Assembly: GCA_965217185.1 (NCBI GenBank)
Contig: OZ244252.1
Location: 3,136,001 to 3,200,000, forward strand
Reading direction: 5' to 3'
Origin: an uncultured Candidatus Entotheonella sp.
GTDB lineage: Bacteria > Tectomicrobia > Entotheonellia > Entotheonellales > Entotheonellaceae
Length of the DNA: 64,000 bases
Below, in pieces: positions 60,101-64,000 of this stretch. Within the stretch, counting starts at the first letter, position 1, and every line of letters begins with the position of its first letter. Below the pieces are notes generated by a model. The model ran no database searches. It was not told the DNA's origin and saw only the letters and a list, made by a program, of their open reading frames with translations. Made by a program: the position numbers and the translations under genes.

Positions 60101-63100
60101 CCGGGGGTCGGCGTGACCGGACCCGCCATCGCCTCGCCGCCGGCGCCGTCGGCGCTCACCGCGCGGAGCTGGAAGGTGTGGGGCACCTCGTTGGTGAGCC
60201 CTGACGCCGTGAACGAGGCCTGGTTCGCGCCGCCGACCTCGCTGTTCGCAATCTGCACCCAGTTCCCGTAGCTCCCGTCCGTCTTGAACTGGTACTCGTG
60301 GCGCATGACGCCCGAATCCGACGCCGGCGCGTCCCAGGAGAGCGCCACCTTCGCGTCGCCGGCCGGCCTGGCCATGAAATTGGTCGGCGCGGCCGGGCCC
60401 GGCGTCTCCGCGTTGGTGCTGACCACGTCGGAGGGGTTCGAATAGGTGCTCGGCGTCTCGCCGTTGAGCGCCTTCACCTGCACCACGTACTCCGTGGTCG
60501 CCGTCAGCCCGGTGATCGTCGTTGTGGTCGTCGTGCCCGTGTGCGGCCAGTCGACAGCGGGACTCCAGGGGTCGGTCGCGCTCGCCCGGCTGCGGTAGCG
60601 CAGTTGGTAGCCGGTGATCTCCGGGCCACCGTTCAGCCCCGGCTCGGTCCAGCTCACGTCCAGGCTTGTGGACGAGCCCGAGACCGCCGTCACCGTCGGC
60701 TTGTCCGGTTTGTCCGGCTGCTCGTCCTCGTCCATCACCGTCACCGTGATCGTCTGGTCCGCCGTCTTCACCCGCGCGCCCGTACCGCTGGTCGCCCGCA
60801 CCACCACCACGTAGGCGTTGTCGGTGCCCGCGTCCTGCGGGTCCTCGTAGTTGGGCGCCGCCTGGAACGTCAGCGCGCCGGAGGTGATAGCGAACAGCGC
60901 CTGGTCCGTGCCGCCGTTGAGCGCGTAGCCGGTGATGTCGTCAGTCGTGTCGATGTCCTCCGCCTCCACCGTGCCCACCGCCGTCTGGTTCTCCGCCGGG
61001 TTGAAGGTCGTTGAAGAGGTGAACGCCGGCGCGGCGTTGGTCGCGTCCGGCAGGATGGTCGCCGGCAGGTTCACGGTCGCCTTGACGAAGGTGTAGCCCC
61101 TGTGATTCCCGGGCAGCGTCGGCTGGGTCGTCAGGTCGACGTCCACGGTCGCCGCCGCCGTCGTCCCGGCCGTGCGGGTCACGGTGACCGGCTCGCTGTA
61201 CACCTCGCCCGCCGCCACACTGAGCTCCGTCACGCTGCCCGCGAGCGTCCCGTTCACCAGCGTCACCGGAATGGCGACCGCGAACGGCGCCCCCGCGAGC
61301 ACCTTCGCCCGCACCTGGTTGGTCCCCACCTTCTCCACCGTCACCGTGAGCTCCATCGGATTGGTGGAGTTGCCGTCCAGGGTGAGCCGAATCAGCGCCG
61401 TCAGGCCGGAGAACAGCTCCTCGGGAAGCGAACTCAGATCGTTGCTGGTGAGTTCGATGATCTGCAGCGCCGACAGGCCGGCGAACGCCCCGGCCCGTAA
61501 CTCGGTGAAAGAGTTCCCCGACAGATTGATGTGTCGCAGCGTCACGAGCCCGTCGAACACCCCCTCGGGCAGAGACTCAAGCTTGTTGCTGCGCAGGTTG
61601 AGCTCGTCCATCTTGGCCAGATCGGCGAAGATCCCCTCGGGAAGCGACGACAGGCGGTTCAGGCTTAGGTCGAGGACCGTCAGCGCCGTCAGCCCCGCGA
61701 AATCGCCCTTCTGAAGCGAGGTGATCCCCTGGTTGGACGTGCTCAAGCCAAAGGCCCCGAGCGACGTGATCGCGGCCAGATTCGCGTCGGTCACCGCCGC
61801 GCAGTTATCCACGCCCGAGATCTCGCCCAGGATCGCGTCCTGGATCTTCTGCGTGCGGTCGCAGATGCCGAGCATCGGCGTCACCGGACCCGCCGTGACC
61901 GCGTCGCTATTGACGCCAGCGCTTACCGCGTGGAGCTCGAAGGTGTAGGCCACCTCGTTGGTGAGCATTGTCACCGTGAACGAGTCCTCGTTCGCCTCGT
62001 CCGGCGCGCTGTTCGCAATCGCCGTCCAGGTCAGGGGATAGTCCCCGTCCGTCTTGTACCGGAACTCGTGGCCCGTCACCCCCGAATCCAACGCCGGCGC
62101 TTTCCAAGCGAGCGCCACCTCCATGTTGCCCGCTTTCGCGGTGAAGTCGGTCGGCGCGTCCGGCGGCGTCGTCCCGCCTACCGCGGTGCCGTTGACGCGG
62201 AGAAACAAGACGTGGTCGGTGCTGGTCCAGCTCGCGCCAGCACGGGCACGAAACCAGCTGTTATCCGCGATGGTCCAATCGGTGACGGAGGTCGCGTCTT
62301 CAGAAGCCGATGTCGTGGCCGACCAGGTCACACTAGAGCCGGCCAGGTTGTAATCCGCCACGACGAGATATGTGTTACCCGCCGCGAGCGTTGCGCCCGC
62401 AGGGGCGGTAAAGCTCGTCGCGACGTCGGCTGCCACGCTCGCCGGATTGGTCAAGGTATGCAGGGAACTGGCCGGACTGCCCGAGGAATCGGCGGACCAC
62501 ACGCTGACGCTCAGCGAGCCGATCTGCGTGGCCCCAATGTTGCTATCGAAGACAACCTCGATCGAGGTGAGCGTGTAGTCGCCGCCGACGCTGGGGACCG
62601 AAAAGCCCTGCGCTGGCAGGTACGAGACATTAGCGAGAGTACCGCCACCAGACTCGGTCTGCTCGATATTGCTCACCAGCACGCCGGCGGACTGCGCCTG
62701 GGCCGTGGCGGGCAGGGCGAGGGCGCCGAAGAGCGCGAGCAGCGCCGCGGCGGCGAGCGTCCGCACGGAGTGGACGAGGCCGCGCCGCGTGCCGGCCAGG
62801 CGCCCGAAACCCGGCCGCGCGGCGGCGGATGCGGTCGATGGAGAAGGATGGCCGCCCCGAGGGGACGGCAGGCGGTCAGGCGGCGCGGGCGGGCGGTGCG
62901 GCTCCTGAGGCGCCGTCATGGCCTCGGCTCCGGCTCGGCTCGGCTCGGCTCGGCTCGGCTCGGCTCGGCTCGGCTCGGCTCGGCTCGGCTCGGCTCGGCT
63001 CGGCTCGGCTCGGCTCGGCTCGGCTCGGCTCGGCTCGGCTCGGCTCGGCTCGGCTCGGCTCGGCTCGGCTCGGCTCGGCTCGGCTCGGCTCGCAAGATGA

Positions 63101-63186
63101 AAACCGCATTCCGGGAATGTCAAGCCTTTTTTGACGGGGGCGGCGCAGGGCCTGCCGGGCACGCCGCTGAGGCGCCGTGCCTGCAT
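57200..63186 (-). pseudogene. Giant multidomain surface protein (signal-like segment, FN3, LRR, cadherin, SRCR, three Ig-like repeats, RTX tail); frameshifts near 58755, 57715, 57492
   Basis: LRRs (LSSLPEGIFADL), FN3 (VALSWDAP), cadherin (PNYEDPQD), SRCR (RVEVFHAGRWGTVC..IWLDD..HNEDAGVRC), GGxGxD nonapeptides; parts in four consecutive frames. An upstream in-frame GTG at 63288 is also possible. Confidence 0.8.
62931..63090. repeat. Perfect pentanucleotide microsatellite (CGGCT)32
   Basis: Counted directly: 160 bp; reads AEPSR repeats in the gene frame. Confidence 0.97.
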
Positions 63187-63439
63187 GGCCCGCTCCTCTT
63201 CACGTGCAAAGCCGTTGGCGGTTTCGATCTCGCCCGTCGCCGAACTTCCTGCCGTCACACTACCTGTCGCGCTGATCCTGTCGGGCACGCTGTGCTCCTC
63301 CGTTTGTGAGATGGATGCGGTCTTCCCCGCCGGCAGAATCTCTGATCACGTCGTTGCCGTGACCAGGGGCGCCGATTGCCCACACGCCGGAGGCGCACTA
63401 TACACGAAAATGAAAACCGAAATACCTCCCATATGGGAG

Positions 63440-63701
63440 GGTAGTGGCTCAGTTTGAAAAGACTGGCTCACGTGTTCCAGACGGGTTGCACGTTCGGTCA
63501 TCCGGCGCCGGTTTCCCCCTCACCCCGACCCTCTCCCGCCAGGGGAGAGGGGGAAACCCCCAGTCCGGCTCACCCCGCCCCTCTCCCACCAGGGGAGAGG
63601 GGGAGACCCCCAGTCCGGGTCCCCTCCCCCCTCCGTGGGGGAGGGCCAGGGAGAGGGGGAAGCATTGGTGTGAGAAGGAAATTTGAAAGTGAGCCACTAC
63701 C
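63440..63701. mobile_element. MITE copy 2 (262 bp, intact TIRs, empty intron target)
   Basis: TIRs match 18/20; one extra ~50-bp internal palindromic unit relative to copy 1. Confidence 0.85.
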
Positions 63702-63716
63702 CGCGCCGCTGGCGGC

Positions 63717-63746
63717 TTGACACGCCAACGCCGAGCGCCGTATGCT
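63717..63746 (+). promoter_or_regulatory. sigma70-like promoter upstream of hslO
   Basis: TTGACA-18 nt-TATGCT. Confidence 0.5.
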
Positions 63747-63838
63747 GCGCCGCCGTTTCGCGGCACGGCCTGCTTGATTCCCACCGATGAAAGCCAACCG
63801 GACCAACACGATCAAAACCCAAGCCAGTGAGGTGCCCT

Positions 63839-64000
63839 TTGGATACGCTGACGAGCGTCATCGTTGCGAACGAACACATTTACGGCGTCGCCGCCGTCAC
63901 GACGGCGCTTGTGGAGAAGGCACGGGGCCTTCACGGCGCCTCGCCGACCGCCGCCGCGGCGCTGGGCCGGCTGCTGACGGGCGGCGTCCTGATGGGTTCG
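63839..64000 (+). CDS. hslO: Hsp33 chaperone (3' truncated by window; absent from ORF track)
   Basis: GAGGTG RBS, TTG start; TTALVEKARGLHGASPTAAAALGRLLTGGVLMG. Confidence 0.85.
   Translation, partial: MDTLTSVIVANEHIYGVAAVTTALVEKARGLHGASPTAAAALGRLLTGGVLMGS

Noticed and set aside
62931..63090. Repeat tract as CRISPR array or as the plus-strand ARLGS-repeat ORFs
   Set aside because: No spacers; the ORFs are stop-free translations of a simple pentamer.
1..64000. tRNA, rRNA, CRISPR, prophage or DGR
   Set aside because: No cloverleaf or rRNA signature, repeat-spacer array, phage genes, RT gene or adenine-specific TR/VR pair recognised by eye.

Overview
GC-rich bacterial chromosome segment, mostly housekeeping and metabolic genes: Aap-type amino-acid ABC transporter, glcDEF, proS, glyA, guaA, trpEG, ugd, ampG, rnd, glycerate kinase, phosphohexomutase, larA/larC and the start of hslO. 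The giant FN3/LRR/cadherin/SRCR surface protein suggests a host-associated, possibly sponge-symbiont, lineage (inference only). The most striking structure is nested, at 55.3-63.7 kb. Two direct-repeat copies of a non-autonomous element with 20-bp TIRs bracket about 7 kb of cargo, and their outer flanks match at 7/8 nt like a target-site duplication. The left copy is interrupted inside its TIR by a 760-nt ORF-less group II intron whose EBS1/EBS2 pair with that TIR, while the right copy keeps the empty target site. The cargo is a multidomain adhesin-like gene with a 32-unit CGGCT microsatellite near its 5' end. Other notable items: an spt + bCerS-like ceramide gene pair, an archaeal-type SHMT, a candidate Trp-rich trpE leader, an internally deleted IS630 MITE, an orphan C-protein-like regulator next to a frameshifted IS5, a stand-alone LarC N-terminal half, and six GTAG-type REPs. 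All product calls are from motif recognition by eye; no database searches were run.
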